A stretch of 64,000 nucleotides of DNA from Octopus vulgaris (Eukaryota), in assembly GCA_951406725.2 (NCBI GenBank), contig OX597823.1:3782001-3846000 (forward strand), read 5' to 3'. The notes beneath the pieces were generated by a model that was not told where the DNA came from, did not search any database, and saw only the letters and a list, made by a program, of their open reading frames with translations. Positions 26,681 to 39,103 of this stretch are shown piece after piece; within the stretch, counting starts at the first letter, position 1; each line of letters starts with the position of its first letter. The translations under genes and the position numbers were made by a program.

Positions 26681-27735
26681 GACAAAATATGGAAACACCT
26701 AGCATCATAGCATCAGAATTTTGAAATATCTATAAAACCATTAAAAGCATAACGAAAATAGCTGAAATGTTTGGTGTATCAAGAAGTACTGTCTCGAAAG
26801 TAATGACAGACTTTGAGAAAGAGGGAAAAACCTCCTCGTTGAAACAAAACTCCGGAAGAAAACCAAAACTTTCAGACAGGGACCGTCGGACTCTTACTTG
26901 AATTGTTAGAAACGATCACAAAAGTTCAGTTCCCAAAATTACTGCAGAGCTTAATTACCACCTCCAGAACCGAGTTCCCACAAAATATGTTCGCCGGGAG
27001 CTGCACAAAGCCGGATTTCACGGGAGGGCTGCAATCAGAAAACCACTACTTTCAAAAACAAATTTTGCAAAGCGTTTAGACTGGAGTAAAAACCTACAGT
27101 GGAAGAATGTTATTTTCTCGGGGGAGTCATCCTTTACCTTATTTCCGACCACTGGCCAAGTATACGTGTGGAGACAGCCAAATGAAGCATTTGACCCAGA
27201 CTACCTTCTTCCAACTGTTAAACACGGAAGAGGATCTGTGATGAACAGGTGGAGGGGCTATATCTTGGGAATCCGCCGGCCCAATGGTTTCCTTTCATGA
27301 CAGAATTAATAGTCAAGACTATTTAAGCATTTTATCTGATCAAATTCATTCTATGGTTGTGGAACTGTTTCCGGAGGGAAACGCAATCTTTCAGGATGGT
27401 AATGCACCAATTCACAAAGCTAAAGTTGTTACTGAATGGCACGTGGAACATTCTAGAGAAGTTGAACATCTTATCTGGCCACCACAGTCCCCAGATTTCA
27501 ATGTTTATGGTGCATTTTAGAAAAACAAATAAGGAGCGATATCCTCCACCATCATCACTACAAAAACTGGAGACTAGCTGAAGAATGGATAAAAATTCCT
27601 TTGGAAACAATTCAAACTTTGTACGAGTCCATACCTCGTAGAATTCAAGCTGTAATTACTGCCGAAGGCGGTCCTCCCCCATATTAAAATAAATTTGTTT
27701 GAAATTTTAAGCTGTTTCCATTATTTTGTCCAACC

Positions 27736-27739
<4 letters not shown>
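26676..27739 (+). mobile_element. Tc1-like transposon relic
   Basis: HTH IAEMFGVSRSTVSKV, SGRKPKLS, WKNVIFS.ES, FQDGNAPIH, WPPQSPD; ends GGACAAAATATGGAAACA and TGTTTCCATTATTTTGTCC form TIRs. Confidence 0.9.
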
Positions 27740-27768
<29 letters not shown>

Positions 27769-27849
27769 TATATGAAGTAATACAATCAATTTCTACATTT
27801 TTTTCATTATGCTCCGAAGCGAACTTTTAAACATTGTCAAAGACTTGTG

Positions 27850-28270
27850 CAATGGTATCGGTACTTCAGAGATTACGGTCACACTACTTACTGAATATTC
27901 CCTATCAGATTGGTGGTGTTGGATATGTAGTTGAATTAGACGAGAGTGTCATTTTAAGAAGAAAATACTATGTCGGACGTGTGGTTCCTCAAAAATGAGT
28001 ATTTGGAGGGAAGGACACAACAACAAGCCTTCGATTTATTTGCTTTGTCCCAGATAGGTCGGCATCATCATTGCTCCCTTTGATTGAGAAAATGTTCTAC
28101 CTGGAAGAGAAATCCATACGGACTGTTGGAGTGCTTACAACGGAATAAGTGCAATCCCTGTGACACTACCTCTTCACCATTTGACAGTTAATTCTCGCGA
28201 GAATTTTGTTAATCACGTGGATGCAGAACATCTTGGAAAGAAATGAAACAGCGACTGAAACACATGAATG
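27850..28270 (+). pseudogene. Merlin / IS1595-ISXO2-like DDE transposase relic
   Basis: Manual translation from 27900: PYQIGGVGYVVELDESVILRRKYYVGRVVPQK*VFGG...FVPDRSASSLLPLIE, frameshift, NVLPGREIHTDCWSAYNG...HLTVN..ENFVN. Absent from the ORF track because of the stop and frameshift. Confidence 0.85.
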
Positions 28271-28274
28271 AATC

Positions 28275-29052
28275 GGAAAATCAAAAAAGCTCGACAAATG
28301 GGTACCACACGATTTGAATGAAAATCAGAAAATGCGCAGATATGAAATTTGTTCGTCGCTTCTCCGTAACCAGACCGATCCATTCCTCGACCGTATACTA
28401 ACTTGCGATGAAAAGTGGATTCTGTATAATAATAAAAACAACTTCTTCGCAGTGGTTAGACCAAAATGAAGCGCCGAAAACCTTCCCTAAATCCGAGCTC
28501 TTCAAAAAGAAAGTTATGGTGACTGTTTGGTGGTGTACTGCTGGATTTATCCACTATAACTTCTTAAAACCTGGAAAAACCATTACTGCAGAAACATATT
28601 GCCATGCAGTTGCCAAAATGAACGAAAAACTGCTACTTTTCCACCACAGAGCAGTCAACAGAAGAAGACCAATCATTTTTCATAGCAATACTCGAGCACA
28701 CGTTTCACTAATGACACTCTAGAAGTTGAGGGAATTTGGTTACGAAGCTCTTCCCCACCCAGCTTATTCCCCAGTCCTTTCTCCTACCGACTACCACTTT
28801 TTCAAGCACCTTGATGGTTTCCTGCGAGAGAAGGAGTTCAAAAATGAAACCGATGCTGAAAGTGCGTTCAAAGAGTTCATCAGCTCCAGAACTCCAGATT
28901 TTTATGTTACCGAAATAAACAAACTTGTAACTCGTTGGCAAAAATGTGTTGATTGTAATGGTCTTTACTTTGATGAATAAAATTTCCACATTGTTGAAAT
29001 ATATTATGAATTTCGTGTTTCAAAACATTGCTTGCTTTTTGCTCAGCCTGAT
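28275..29052 (+). mobile_element. Mariner transposase relic, 3' part
   Basis: KKLDKWVPHDL, TCDEKWILY, KKVMVTVWW, HPAYSPVLSPTDYHFFKHL, RWQKCVDCNGLYFD; degenerate right TIR ending CAGCCTGATA. Confidence 0.92.
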
Positions 29053-29214
29053 ACATCATCCATATATAGAAACCTATATACATACATCATCCATATGTAT
29101 ATATATCAACATACACACACTACAGAAACGTATACACATACATATAAATGCATGAAAATACATACATATATACATGCATAATACATGCATAATACATACA
29201 TGCATAATACATAC

Positions 29215-32190
29215 AGGGAAAGTGAGGTGAGGGCAAATCGAAGTGAAGTTGATACCCCCGTCAACGATGCTATCTCTGATACCCCTTATTCTGCTTGCTC
29301 CCCAACTCCCGCCCCTCAGACTTCACAGCTCAGCATCGTCTACACCAACTCGTGCTCCTTATTCCCAAAGTTCAGTGAACTATTTACACTGGCCATACGT
29401 GACTCCCCTGATGTGATAGCTATCACCGAGACTTGGCTGACTCCAGCAGTAAAGGACTCAGAAATCCACCTGCAGGGCTACGTCCTTTTCAGATGTGACA
29501 GAGGAAAAAGGCGAGGTGGAGGTGTTGCTGTGTATGTTAAGTCTGAGCACAAACCGTCCAGCGGTATTCTACCCACTAATGCTCAGCCTACAACAAAATT
29601 CGATGCCGTCTATTGCAAGCTGAGCCTATCTGAGTTTTGCCTGCCCGTGTTGGCTGTCTACAGGCCGCCTCTTGCCGACCCCCAGGACGATGCACATTTA
29701 CTCGAAGCGATAAGATTCGTTTCAGCTTCGCATGACTGTTTGGTACTAGAAGACTTCAACGCTCCCACGATCGATTGGCCCGCATCAATTTGTACAACAT
29801 CTTCCCGGTTCGGCTGAAGATTGTTTTCTATCGCAACATGTTGAATATCCGACAAGGCATCGGTCTGGGCAGCAGCCATCTATGCTAGATCTGGTATTCT
29901 CCCGCTATCCAAGATCAGTGTCAGACGTATCTGTGTGCGCCCCTCTTGCCAAGAGTGATCATGCGGTCCTGAAGTTCGTCATGCACACAACTTTTTCTAC
30001 GCCCACGACTACTTCGCTGCCACGTAGAATCTTCTCTGCAATTAATCTTGAAATTCTAACCGAGGCTTCCGCGCTTCTGGACTGGCGATCCCTGATGACG
30101 TTGTCCTCAGTTGACGAACTATGGTCATCCCTCAAAGCATATGTAATCTGTTTGACTGACCAGGCAGTTCCCGTTGGGCTTCCCAAGAGGAAGAAACACA
30201 AGCCCTGGGTGACGAAGAGGGTTAAACGAGAACGTCGACTCATAGATATTGCTTGGGCTGAATTCAAAAATCTGGATTCGACTGCAGCTTTTGAGGTGTA
30301 CAAAACTCAACGAGACCGAGCCGTGAAAATTGAAAAGAAAGAACGCTTCAGTTACGAATACAAAATCGCGGCAAATGCCAGTAGCAATCCAAAAACCTTC
30401 TTTGCCCATGTCCAGCGGAATTCCCGCTTGAACAACCAGATTGCAACGTTGGTAGACTCAACAGGCGTATCGATTGAGGACCCTTATCAACAGAGTCAAT
30501 TATTTGCCGAGGCTTTTTCAACTATTTTCAAACAAGATGATGGTCGTGAACCCCCTCCATTTGATAGATCGGTACCTCCAATGCTTCGATTGGTCATCAC
30601 GCGGGACGAAGTCAAACGTGTTATTCAAGGCCTCGATGTCAACAAAGGTCACGGCCCTGACGGCATACACCCACGGGTTATCAAAGCGTTGGCTCCGGTC
30701 ATCTGCGAGCCCTTAACACGACTATTCAATATGTCATTGGCGACGGGTGTTATACCTGCAGACTGGAGAACAGCGATAATCTGCCCAATTTTCAAGAAAG
30801 GGAGCCGCGAAGACCCGCTTAACTACCGACCGGTTTCCCTTACATCAATTATCAGCAAGATGTTCGAAACCATCCTTAAGAAAAGTATGATGCTCCACCT
30901 CCTAAACACAGCCTCTATCTCTGATTCCCAACACGGCTTCGTGCCGAAGAGATCATGCTTGACCAACCTACTAGTAATGGAAGAATTGGTGACGCGCATC
31001 CTCGATGATAGTGATGCTGTTGACATCGTTTTACTGGACTTTGCCAAAGCTTTTGACTCGGTAAACCACCGCCTATTGCTTGTCAAGCTTCAAGCATATA
31101 GTTTCCATCCGGATATTGTACGATGGGTTGGTGCCTTCCTCTCAGATCGCTCCTTCCAAGTCCAAGTTAATGGTTCGCGGTCCGACGTCTCCAGTGCGAG
31201 CAGTGGCGTGCCTCAAGGTTCAGTGCTTGGGCCCTTGTTGTTCTTAGTCTTCATAAATGACTTGCCCGACGACCTCATGCAACACACCCTTCTATTTGCC
31301 GACGATATCAAACTGGTCGCTCCTCGCGGTAATATAGAGGATCTTCGTCGATGCCTCCACCAAATTTGGAAGTGGTCTAACAATTGGGACCTGTGTCTGA
31401 ACGTGTCAAAGTGCTGTCATCTGCTTGTCGGCTCTACTCCTGCAACTCAACTTGATTTCGAGCCGGGTCGTCTGCTGCTGGAGAGGACCGATCAGGTAAA
31501 GGACCTAGGTATCTTGGTGGATTCCTCCTTTTCGCCTTCGGCCCAGTGCGTCCATGCTGCCAACAAAACAAAGCACGCGGAATTCTGTTCTTGATTCGAC
31601 GGTCATTCGGAATGCTCACAGCAGCCATATTCCTACCACTCTATGTCACGCTGGTGAGACCCATATTGGAGTATGGGATTCAAGCCTCTTCTCCTTATCT
31701 CCTCAAAGACATACAGCATCTCGAAAGAGTCCAGAAGCTGGCTACCCGCATGGTTCATGGTCTCAAAAATTTGTCCTACGAAGAAAGGCTGAGGACGCTC
31801 GACCTTTATTCTCTTGAAAAACGCCGCCGCCATGGTGATCTCTTTCTCGCTCACAACATCATAAGCGGAAAGTGTAACCTCTCGAAAGAGCTGTTCTTCA
31901 CTCCTGCTCCAGAGCGTCGGCTGCGGGGTCATTCCGAAAAGCTCTACCTGCGACGATTTCATCTCAATCGAAGGAGAGGAGCTTTCTCCGTCCGGGTTGC
32001 GGATCCGTGGAACAAGCTGCCAGACGAGATGGTGAAGATGCCGACGACCGCTTTGTTCAAAGCCTCCCTTGACCTCAAGTGGCCTGAACTCTTTACATGA
32101 ACACCACCCTGTACTTAACTCCATGTCCCCCTACATGGCCTTGCTATTTGCTTTTGAGCCAAATTAACTAACTTAACTAACTAACTAACA
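29215..32190 (+). mobile_element. CR1-clade LINE ORF2 (APE + RT), 5'-truncated, frameshifted
   Basis: ITETWL, RGGGVAVYV, VYRPP, LDLVF, SDH; GPDGIHP, NYRPVSLTS, QHGF..KRSCLTNL, DFAKAFD, GVPQGSVLGP, FADD, KDLG; breaks at ~29815 and ~31565; (CTAA)n tail joined to (CATA)n. Confidence 0.97.
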
Positions 32191-33180
32191 TACATACATA
32201 CATACATACATACATACATACATACATACATACATACATACATCAGAGGAATATACGTACAAACATGCATGCGTCACTCATATATACCACCTACATATAT
32301 ACACCAACATACATATGTACATATACATACAAATACACATATGTAATACATACATACACACATACATGGACAGTAAATATAAAACAAATAAAACGCAAGC
32401 AAAAGACGTAAAAATGCTATTTATTTACGACACTGGAGCTATCTTGTAGGGTGTTTTATTTCAGCCCCAGGCGTATAGGTACTCGACGGGTAGATGGTTA
32501 AGCCTCAACAGGAGAATAAGTGTCAGATCGTATCAGTTATTTTATTTAACGTTTACACAAACTTAACTTGATTTGAAACGATATAAAAATGGTTTCCTTT
32601 TTAGCTATCGTCTGCTCTTTGAAATTCATACAGTCACGACTCTCACGCCGAATAGTTTCTAGGTAAACATTCAGGAAGACTTAATATGTTTATTTAGAAT
32701 TTCTACCAACTTGATAAGGCCTGCGAGCGTTTATACAAATAGATATTGTTGGACTGCAATTCCAAATTTTAATCTTAAATGAAGGAGTTTATTTACTTAT
32801 TATTTATTTCTTTACCTTCCGATTTGTTGGATTACGAGTGTTTGATCACGTTAAATATTTTCAGACTGTTCAGGAATTAAAAACCACCCGGCCTCGGAAG
32901 CAATATTTTTGAGCCAACATAGAAGCAGTAGCCTCTACGCTGTCGTCCAACCTGTTAGAAATAGCAGTCAAATTTCATTCAAATCAGTGTCATCTTAAAG
33001 AAGGGTGTTGCATAGCTATGAAAGAGCAATTACACACACATACATATAAATGCATTGCATATGTCTACATACATACATACATACATACATACACACATAC
33101 ATACATACATACATACATACATACATACATACATACATACATACATACATACATACATACATACATACATACATACACCT

Positions 33181-33246
33181 ACTAGCGTAGCTAAGGTGTA
33201 TGCCGCCCGCGGCGGACCCCTCTCCAACCTCTCAAGCTACGCTAGT
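33181..33246. mobile_element. Tiny MITE-like element with 12-bp TIRs
   Basis: ACTAGCGTAGCT ... AGCTACGCTAGT around a GC-rich 42-bp core. Confidence 0.6.
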
Positions 33247-34968
33247 GTATATACCATACAATAATAGAATTAATAGCTGTATTGAATCATTTCCTTAGTT
33301 TTGTGAAGGCGAGTGACCTATTATTAAATGCTTGCGATCATGAAGTCGTGAGTTCGATTCCAAGACCGGGTGGTGGGTTGTATCTTCGTGTCATGTCCTC
33401 AATGTCCCGCCGAATCAATGGGTGGACGGGCTGAAAAGTTGCCTGTCTGGTCATAACTAGACAGGCACCTGAATCAATTAGGGAAAACAATGGTACATGT
33501 TAGCTGGCCATACTCGTTTGCAAGTGACGGCTAAGGTTTTTGACTGTCTTAAAGAATCACAGATTAGATTTGTGTCGTTCCTGATAGGGAATTGATACGA
33601 CCAAGTCATCCTATCGGAGCTGACCTCGGGCTAAACAACAGTAAATCGCTGGATTAAATAATGCATTACAGTGTTGTTTCTATATGGTCTTGCCAAAGTC
33701 GATTCAAATTTTGAGATTCTGGTTCGATATAATTTCGATTCTATCACTAAATCATGCTATCACTTTTACAAAATCCCGGTCCTATATCCTATCAAAACAT
33801 TTCAATATTGTGGGTGAACGCATGTGACTGGTCCCTAATATATGTCAATGAAATTCTTTCTTCATGGTAAACAATCCTAAAAACTAATCAGGACCACAAA
33901 AATACTTGGGTTCTCAATAACTTCTGATTCGCTAAAAACCTCAAGTAAGGCTCTTATGGAGTAACTGACACTCCGTTGATTACGACAACGACGAGGGTTC
34001 CAGTTGATCCGATCAACAAAACAGCCTGCTCGTAAAATTAACGTGCAAGTGGCTGAGAACTCCACAGACATGCGTACCCTTAACGTTTGCGCAAAGTTTT
34101 TTTTCATATTCGTCTTCTACACATCTTTTTTTACACATAGTAGGCTGGGAATTTTTTGTTACTTTCGTTAACAGGCCTCAAACTGTATATTGACCCCACT
34201 TCCACCAAGTCTTTCTCGACGCTCATGTATGTTATCTACTTCCCTAGATCGTGCCCCAATCTATGGAGAGCCTGACCTCAAGAATTCCCTTCTCTACCAT
34301 TTTTTTTCCTTCTTGTCGCCGATTTTCAGTTATTCGAAGTAAACATCAATGACGTGTCTTGTTTACTCGTTTCAAACGGACGCAGTCGCTTCCTTCAGAA
34401 CAAACCATTAACAGAAACAGCAGTGGAATCTCACATATATAATAATATGAGTTGAAAAACATCGATCAACTGAGATTGTCCAAGAAATTAGCAACAAAAA
34501 ACTCCCTATTCCGTCCTTTAAAAACTCTCTCTGTCTAGGATTTTTTTTTTAATTTGAAAGACTCTACTGAACTTCTTCAATTTATTAAACTCCACCAAAA
34601 AACCAAGCGAGATATTTCCAGTAAAAACAGTTAATCGAAATATTAAAAAAAAAAATAAAAAGCTCAGATTAGATTTGGTCTTTAAGCTACCTAGTGGAAA
34701 TAACAGGCATGTCTGAATCATATTGGACCCTCCCATCTTCTCATATTTTAGCCAGAAAAACTTAGAAACTGTCAACATAGAGGGTGAATACAGTCAGATA
34801 CGTTTTCAATAAAAATAGCTAAATTTATATAGTTTCCTTTCCTTTTGTGGATCCCTTAGATTAATATAGTGGTTAGTGTGGCAATAGATTAAGTGTGTGT
34901 ACGCATGCGCGCGCGTGCGTGTGAGTGAGTGCATGCACTTGTCTTCACAGACGAGTAAGTGCTTAATC

Positions 34969-35385
34969 TACAGGGTGAACATAAAGTCAAGCACTATTTT
35001 ATTTAAAGAACAAAACAAAACAAAAAAGGCTTCATATCTCTATTTTTTTTTTTTTTTTTGTAAACCCTTTTGAATGAAAACAGGAGTAGCAACAGTTATC
35101 TGGTGAATATAAGAAGAGAAATACAGAGGTATCAGAAATCGGCTTGATACGAAAGTCAGCTAAACAGTCCAGGTAGATAAGACAATATCTAAACTTAGTG
35201 AGCGAATTTAAACGAACTGGTTGTATATATGATGAAGGAAGTGGACGTCCAAGTTTATTAGAGGGATAATATGAATGATGCAAGTGAAATCGTTAATGAA
35301 AATCCCTGGCTCTCTCTTCGTGCAGCAGTGGAACACGGACTCGACCTCTCAAAGCAGATCCCGTATAAAATTCTGAGCTAATTCA
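34969..35385 (+). mobile_element. Tc1/mariner-superfamily 5' relic
   Basis: TACAGGGTG terminus; LVSEFKRTGCIYD..SGRPS resembles the HTH-GRP linker. Confidence 0.45.
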
Positions 35386-35968
35386 TATAAAAACAAAGAC
35401 CTTAACATTTGCAGGTTTTACAGAATTCGCCACACAACTTTTGCCACTCATATCTTTGCATTCAGCGTAAGGATCTATAACAAAAGAAAAAAAACGGTAC
35501 TTTTTGGTTATCTCACCCCCGTCAAAAAAATGGGTTATCTCCCCCAAATAAAAAAAAGTGTTCAACCTTCAATAAAACAAAAAAAAAAAAATGAAAAAAT
35601 TAATAAACATAAAAAGTGAAAAGATTAAATATCTTACTGAATCTGATAATACATTTATAACAAATCATGCCATTCCTATTGAGGAGGCCAAACGTCAACA
35701 AAATGTTGAAATATTGAATCAAAAGGATCTGCCCCTTTTAATTCAATATCCTATCGCCACATACCCAACTTTTTAGGGGGGGGGGGATAACCCAATATTT
35801 TAATGGCAATTTTTAGTCACAGTGAGATAACCAAATAGTACTGAAAGAACTACGAGAAACATGAATAGACCCACGTATATTAAAAATAGTACCCCCGACT
35901 TTATGTCCGTGCTTTATAGATAAAAAGGGAATGTCAGTAAAAATATTAACATTATGCCCGGGAGAAAA

Positions 35969-36990
35969 GGAGGTGCTGAAAAGTTCCTGGCTTTGAGTAA
36001 AAGAGGATCTTTTCCTTTTGAACGGCACTTTGTAACATAATTTCTAGGTAACTAAAAAGTTTTAAACTTCGTATACTGGTAGAATGTGTTTATAAAACAT
36101 CATTTTCTCTTGGCTTTATTGAGAAAATTCTGTTGTAACATATTTCGTCTTTAATTTCGAGCATTTCGGCAATTTTAACCAATCGCTGACCTCCATTTAG
36201 GTAAATAACATTCTGTGCATAATGAATATGTCCCTCCTTTAAGAAACAGATTGAGTTTATTTACATTTGTGAAGAAAAAAAGATACCCTTCCCCAACCCC
36301 TAACCTTAACTAACCCTAAATCTAAAATAGATTGAAATGCAATAGATCGATACTAGGGCCATAATTATGGGTGACATTTTCATTTGACACCGCTAGAAAA
36401 AAATCCCATTTTCCGTAGCGGTGTCGTATGAAATTGTCACCCATAATTATGGCCCTAGTATCGATCTATTGCATTTCAATCTATTTTAGATTTAGGGTTA
36501 GGGGTGGGGGAAGGGTATCATTTTTCTTCACAAATGTAAATAAACCCAATCTGTTTCTTAAAGTCTTAAAGGAGGGACATATTCATTATGCACAGAATGT
36601 TATTTACCTAAATGGATGCCAGCGATTGGTTAAAATTGCCGAAATGCTCGAAATTAAAGACGAAATATGTTACAACCTATAGAATTTTCTCAATAAAGCC
36701 AAGAGAAAATGATGTTTTATAAACACATTCTACCAGTATACGAAGTTTAAAAGTGTTTAGTTAACTATAAATGATGTTACAAAGTGCCGTTCAAAAGGAA
36801 AAGATCCGTAAAAGAAAATACAGAAGGATGGGTTAATTGTGATTCTGTTCAAAAGATTCCCCTATCAAATTCACATACTTATTACTGCGGTCCTTCAGTT
36901 TTTCTAAGCTCTGTAAAAACTCGGAAGGTTGAGCCTACAACCAGGCCTTTTCGCGAGACCCTTAAAGCCAGGAACTTTTCAGCACCCCCC
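35969..36990. mobile_element. Mariner-type MITE interrupted by a foldback element
   Basis: TIR GGTGCTGAAAAGTTCCTGGCTTT / AAAGCCAGGAACTTTTCAGCACC; about 210 bp once the insert is removed. Confidence 0.85.
36005..36807. mobile_element. 803-bp palindromic (foldback) MITE with 8-bp TSD
   Basis: Two ~390-bp inverted arms, each homologous to the 3969-4358 MITE; ~20-bp spacer; TSD GTAAAAGA at 35997-36004 and 36808-36815. Confidence 0.93.
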
Positions 36991-37746
36991 TTGTCTGTGT
37001 GTGTGCGTGTGTGTGTGTGTTCGCGCGCGCATAAAATTTCTCTCAATACACAGGTATACACACACACGTATAAGTAGGTGACAGAGAAGGAGAGAGAAAA
37101 TGAGAATGAGAGTACTCCTTGAAAGAAACTGGAATTTTGTTGATATTAAACAAGGAGTGGGATTTTAAAGGGTGTAAAGAGATGAAGTGAAGGAGTAAAG
37201 GATAAGATAACACCAGTTTGTCAAGGGTTCTTTATATAGATTCGTTACTATCCTGCAGTTTTATCGGATAACGTTTAGTAAATTGATAGTTGAGTGTTCT
37301 CTGCGTGTGGAGAGAGCAACAGGCCTTTGACGTTTTTGGGCGTTTTTTTATTTACTTAAACATATTCATAAATATTACATATACATACACGTACACACGC
37401 AGCACAAAAATACACACACTCATAAACATACACATATATAAATAAATACACAAATGCACACACGTGCGCGCAAAATATCATACGCACATATGTGCAGGCA
37501 AACACATACAGAGGGGTATTTTCCTACTATCGACAAAGGAATGTAAATTTTATTTACTACTTAATTCTTTAGTAAACGAAAAACTGACTGTCGATAACAG
37601 CAGAGTACCCATTATTATTTATACATGCATATATATATACTCATACATACACCCAAACATACACATATTGATACACAAGCACAAAGTCACACACACAAGC
37701 ACGCAAGGGTATACAGTAGGCATTAATAAATTAATATTGCCAACTT

Positions 37747-38246
37747 GGTAAATATGGAGAATCTTTCCCAACGACAAATTAACAAAAAGACAAAAGTTTT
37801 CTAGGGTAAAATGGACGTGTAGATGACGAAAAACAATAAAAATTAGGGAAAACTAACCGTTTCAGAGATATTCGCATTTTTATGAGGATTACGGACGAAG
37901 GTAAAACGCGTGCACACCACCTAACTCTAACCCTAAAACTACCCCTAACCAGTGTGCACGCGCTTTACCTTCGCCCAGCGTTCTACCGTAAAATAAACGT
38001 GTATATTACAAAATAAGTCACTAAAACATAGAGCAAGCTTACTGTTTCAAATATATCCACATTTTTAAGGGGTCCTGGATACAGTTAGCTGCTCTCCGTA
38101 AGAGAGCGATGGAGACGTTCGGCATGATTCGGAACAGACTCCACATCCATTTTACATGATTTCGAACAGACTTCACATCCATTTTACACTAGAAAACTGT
38201 TTTTCTTCTTAATTTGTCGTTGGAAATTATTCTTCATATATTTACC
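37747..38246. mobile_element. MITE with ~75-bp imperfect TIRs and an internal hairpin around telomere-like repeats
   Basis: GGTAAATAT...CCAACGACAAATTAA...GTTTTCTAGGGTAAAATGGA mirrored at the right end; TSD not clean. Confidence 0.75.
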
Positions 38247-38424
38247 AAATACTTAAAAGATAACTGTATATATGACGTATGTATGCATGCATGTACATAC
38301 ATGTACCCATTGGTATATGCGTGCGCGCGCGTAAATGTATATCATGCACACATGCAAATATTTATTATGTATGCACACGTACTTGCAAGCATACATACAT
38401 ACATACATACATACATACGCACGC

Positions 38425-38925
38425 GTATCTTGGACAGGATGAGAATGTCATCTATGATAGACCCATCAATAAAGAGAAGATGAAGAATGAGTACCTCACG
38501 AGGAGTTAGAATTCTAAGCTTTATACTAAACCTATCGCTCACAACACCTTTGCTGCTCTGCCTATTGTCACGCGCACGTTTGGCCTTCTAGAATAGTCAC
38601 TGCAAGAGCTCAACGAGATAGACGTACGAACTCGCAAGGAGCTCAAATTCACTGGAGATGAAGACAGGCGAAACACGCACCGATGTTGGCCGTGGTCTTA
38701 ACTATACACTGTTGTCATATGAAGTGCCTATTGTTATACTGGAGAATTATCTGCAGTAGAGGGAAGACAAACAGTAACAACCTTGCCCAAGTTGGCGTGC
38801 ACGTAAACAACATTATTAGGAGAGCTAATGAACTTGTGGAGAAGCATGAAATAAGAGCTGAGACAGATCTCTCTCCAAAGAGAATTAGCAAATTTTATTT
38901 ATCAGAACAACAAAATAAAAAAGAC
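38425..38925 (+). mobile_element. R4/Dong-like LINE RT fragment
   Basis: YLGQDEN...INKEKMKNEYLTR and HNTFAALPIVTRTFGLLE*SLQELNEIDVRTRKEL. Confidence 0.65.
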
Positions 38926-38937
38926 GGGTCAGCTGTC

Positions 38938-39103
38938 CAGGGCCGACTGAAGGTACCGGCAACTCGGGCAGTCATCCGGGGCGCCATGTGCTAGGGGGTG
39001 CCAAGGAGGGTGTGACAAAAACAAGGAAATTTCCATGACCATCAGCTTGTACACACCGAAGTTCAGCTTGCCCAGGGAGCCAGTAACCCTAGGGCCAGCC
39101 TTG
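38938..39103. mobile_element. hAT-type MITE
   Basis: Ends CAGGGCCG...CAGCCTTG; perfect 8-bp TSD CAGCTGTC (38930-38937, 39104-39111). Confidence 0.85.

Noticed and set aside
26393-26710. Recurrent peptide RRASFSFRLPNPLTRLW...PKVPRSGTEP that looks like a gene family
   Set aside because: Antisense reading of the family A SINE head; recurs wherever the SINE does.
31633-32124. 163-aa antisense ORF present in both CR1 copies
   Set aside because: The copies are nearly identical, so sharing it is uninformative; no recognisable domain.
36295-36505. Inverted telomere-like repeats suggesting a chromosome fusion site
   Set aside because: Only two or three degenerate units, internal to the arms of a TSD-flanked MITE.
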